Source of the DNA: a virus
Taxonomy: Duplodnaviria; Caudoviricetes
Direction: 5' to 3' (one strand)
IMG/VR virus record: IMGVR_UViG_2941446319_000002
Span: 4,485-68,484 of that record
Length of the DNA: 64,000 nucleotides
The notes below the pieces were generated by a model. It worked only from the letters and a program-made list of their open reading frames with translations, did not search any database and had not been told where the DNA came from. Made by a program: the position numbers and the translations under genes. Shown in pieces: positions 61,478 through 64,000 of this stretch. Position 1 is the first letter of the stretch, and each line of letters opens with the position of its first letter.

Positions 61478-61894
61478 GTGGGGCGTCCCAAACCCGGGCC
61501 CAAGCGGGACCCCAAACGTCAGGAGGTGGCGGCGATCAACAACGACGTTGACCGATCGGTCCAGACAGGCGAAACAGCAGCAACCAGCACCAACGAAACC
61601 ACCGGGGACGGCTTCCTGCAACGCCGCCTCGCGCGTGCCGAAGGCCTGCTCGAAGCCGCCCTTCGAGAAAACTTCCGGCTGACCTGCCAAATACGCGACC
61701 TCGAAATGGGCCAGATGCCGCCCGAAGTCGAACACGGCCTGGCCAGCCGAACCGCACGCATGCGCCCCCTCCAAGTCGTCGTCGACGGCCAACCCCTCAT
61801 CCTCGCCATCCCAGCACGAGGCATCCAAGAACCGGCCACACGCCGCCAAATGTGGCGCAGCCTCCACGAACGGTACGGAACACAGGAGCAGTAG
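61478..61894 (+). CDS. Hypothetical coiled-coil protein
   Basis: ORF after AT-rich promoter-like region; start may be 61451. Confidence 0.6.
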   Translation: MGRPKPGPKRDPKRQEVAAINNDVDRSVQTGETAATSTNETTGDGFLQRRLARAEGLLEAALRENFRLTCQIRDLEMGQMPPEVEHGLASRTARMRPLQVVVDGQPLILAIPARGIQEPATRRQMWRSLHERYGTQEQ

Positions 61895-61897
61895 AAA

Positions 61898-62752
61898 GTG
61901 CAGCGCCCCGACCGCTGGGAAATCGTAGAAATCGTAGAAGTAGAAAACCTGCTAGAAACCCTCTTCGTGCCCGCCGTCGCACGCCCAAAGAACGACGAGC
62001 ACCTCATCATCGAAGTCGACGCGTCCCTACGCGGACGGGCACGAGCCGAAGCGATCAGCACCGTCCACAAGTCGGCCAAACACCGCCGCCACAGGGAAGC
62101 CCTGCTACCCATCCCCATCCTGGTCGGCGCCTGGGAGGCGGTACGCGCCTCCCAGCGGGGTGCGGTAGCCTCCGCCGCTGTCGCAGCCACCGTCGCAGCC
62201 GGGGCGCTCAGCCTCGCCGTCATCGAGCGGAACCCTCCACCGCTCGCCCAGCCCAGGGCGACGGCGGTCAGCACCGCGACCACGTCCCTCGCCACACCAC
62301 CAGCCGCGACACCGACCACCACCCGACCAACCACACAGCCCACCCCCACCAGAGCGAAGCCGACCACCCGGCAGGCCCGCAGTGAGGAACCGCCACCCGC
62401 CCGCACCACGCCCACCAGACAGCCCCAAAAGACAACGCAGCCAGAACCAGAACTGACCCGGCAGCCGGACCACCCCGACAAGCCCACCCCCACCCGCAGC
62501 CGCGCTTCAACCCCGCCCCGCACCCGGTCGGCGAGCCTGGCCCGGCAGCCGACAGCCGCAAAGGCAGCGGAGGAGGAGGGAAACGAACCGCTGCCCACGG
62601 TTGTCGTGCGGCCTACAGTGGACGTGCCGGCGACCATCCCGGCGCCGGTCCCGCAACTCGAACCGACAGCGGGACTGGAGCTGTCAACCGGCGGGCGGAA
62701 CTGCCGGCTGGTCGAGGTCGAGGTCGGCGAACTCGTTCGCGTCTGCCTGTAG
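61898..62752 (+). CDS. Single-TM protein with Pro/Thr-rich stalk
   Basis: AVASAAVAATVAAGALSLAVI; TP-rich; C-terminal Cys pair. Confidence 0.65.
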   Translation: MQRPDRWEIVEIVEVENLLETLFVPAVARPKNDEHLIIEVDASLRGRARAEAISTVHKSAKHRRHREALLPIPILVGAWEAVRASQRGAVASAAVAATVAAGALSLAVIERNPPPLAQPRATAVSTATTSLATPPAATPTTTRPTTQPTPTRAKPTTRQARSEEPPPARTTPTRQPQKTTQPEPELTRQPDHPDKPTPTRSRASTPPRTRSASLARQPTAAKAAEEEGNEPLPTVVVRPTVDVPATIPAPVPQLEPTAGLELSTGGRNCRLVEVEVGELVRVCL

Positions 62753-62770
62753 TTCTCGGAAGGTGTCACC

Positions 62771-64000
62771 ATGGCGTACATCCGCCGCCTCGACAGCGGC
62801 CTGTGGCAGGCCACCGTCCGCATGCCCAACGGCAAACGCACCACCAAGTCGAACCGGCTCAAGAGCGTGGTCGAAAAGTGGGCCAAGCAGCTGGAAGCCA
62901 AATTCGACCAGGGCGACGTCCGCGACCCGAAGGCCGGCCAAATCAAGGTCGCCGACTGGTATCAGCGGTACGCCGCCTCCCGCGTCATCGAAGCCCCCAC
63001 CCGCACCAAAAACGACTCACTGTGGCGCACCCACTGCCAGAACCGGTGGGGCGACTGGCCCATGCAGGCCATCCAACGCGTCGACGCCCAAGCGTGGGTA
63101 GGCGACCTGCAAGAAACCCGCCGCGCCCGCCACCAAGGCAAACCCGCCACCTCATTCGACGACCCTGACGAGATCCCGTTCATCAGCGCGGCCACCATCC
63201 ACGACGTCGTCCACCTGATGACCGGCATGTACAAGGCGGCCATCAGGCAGGACCCGCCCATCGTGCTGACCAACCCGTTCGTTGACCTGGAGCTGCCGAA
63301 GCGGGGCGCCACGCAGGTGGAGTTCTACGAGCGCGCTGAGGCGGACGCCCTCTACGACGCTCTGGAGCGGCTGTACGGCCCGAAGTGGCGGACCCTGGCT
63401 GAGCTCGGTATGGACGTCGGACTGCGGCCGGGTGAGATCTACGGGCTGCACGGGCATCGGGTGGACTGGATCCGCGGGCTGCTGTCCGTGGTGGACGTGG
63501 CCACCCGGCAGGGCCTGCGCGAGTACCCGAAGAGTATGAAGTCGAACCGGACGGCCCCGGTGCCGCCCAGGACGCTGGAGGGGATGAGCCGGCTGATGCA
63601 GGGCCGGCAGCGTACCGGTCTGGTGTTCACGGCGCCGGAGGGCGGCCCGGTCGATGACGGAGACTTCCGTAACCGCGTCTGGTATCCGGCGGTGGAGGCG
63701 GCCCGGCTGTGCGGCGGCCGGTCGCCGGGGGAGGCGGGCGACCGGGAGGTGTTCGTGGAGGGGGAGTGCGGCGCGGTGTGCGACAGTGCGGCGCATCGGA
63801 TCCGCCGGTTCTCGCCGAGGATCATGCGGCACACCGCGGCCAGCTGGCTCGTGCAGGACGGGGTGCCGTTGTACGACGTTCAGGCGCTGCTGGGTCACGA
63901 GTCGTTTGAGACGACGCAGCGTTACGCGCATCTGGCTCCGGACGCCCATGAGAAGGTCGTCGAGTCGTGGAAGCGGCGTGCGTCCGGCAACGCCAATTAG
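62771..64000 (+). CDS. int: Tyrosine integrase
   Basis: GLRPGEI, PKS, MRHTAASWL, LLGHES..TTQRYAHL. Confidence 0.95.
   Translation: MAYIRRLDSGLWQATVRMPNGKRTTKSNRLKSVVEKWAKQLEAKFDQGDVRDPKAGQIKVADWYQRYAASRVIEAPTRTKNDSLWRTHCQNRWGDWPMQAIQRVDAQAWVGDLQETRRARHQGKPATSFDDPDEIPFISAATIHDVVHLMTGMYKAAIRQDPPIVLTNPFVDLELPKRGATQVEFYERAEADALYDALERLYGPKWRTLAELGMDVGLRPGEIYGLHGHRVDWIRGLLSVVDVATRQGLREYPKSMKSNRTAPVPPRTLEGMSRLMQGRQRTGLVFTAPEGGPVDDGDFRNRVWYPAVEAARLCGGRSPGEAGDREVFVEGECGAVCDSAAHRIRRFSPRIMRHTAASWLVQDGVPLYDVQALLGHESFETTQRYAHLAPDAHEKVVESWKRRASGNAN

Larger units (their letters stand above)
1791..64000. mobile_element. Temperate siphoprophage integrated in tRNA-Pro, carrying a TraB-type transfer arm
   Basis: att fragment at left, integrase at right, immunity, replication, head, tail and lysis modules between. 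Confidence 0.93.

Overview
High-GC actinomycete DNA, almost entirely one apparently complete temperate siphoprophage (about 1.79 kb to beyond 64 kb) integrated in a tRNA-Pro(CGG) gene. The displaced 3' tRNA fragment (att core) is at 1791-1838 and the tyrosine integrase ends at 64000; the matching att should lie just outside the window. Order: repressor/cro/xis switch; early genes (RecE-like nuclease, putative annealing protein, DUF5131, RuvC-like resolvase, C5 methyltransferase with a nested out-of-frame ORF, DnaN clamp, primase-DUF3987 protein, iteron-rich origin); an unusual duplicated LamG plus repeat cassette upstream of the terminase; HK97-type head and tail genes; lysis cassette. The right arm is a leftward operon resembling an actinomycete conjugation/spread module (TraB-type FtsK translocase, clt-like 8-mer repeats, Spd-like membrane proteins, HU, BldC-like regulator) with a divergent DUF6879/XRE-DUF5753 switch but no replicase or integrase of its own, so this is a candidate conjugative prophage. 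Left of att is a frameshifted YobI/KAP-type NTPase, probably from a second island. All family assignments come from motifs recognised by eye, not database searches.
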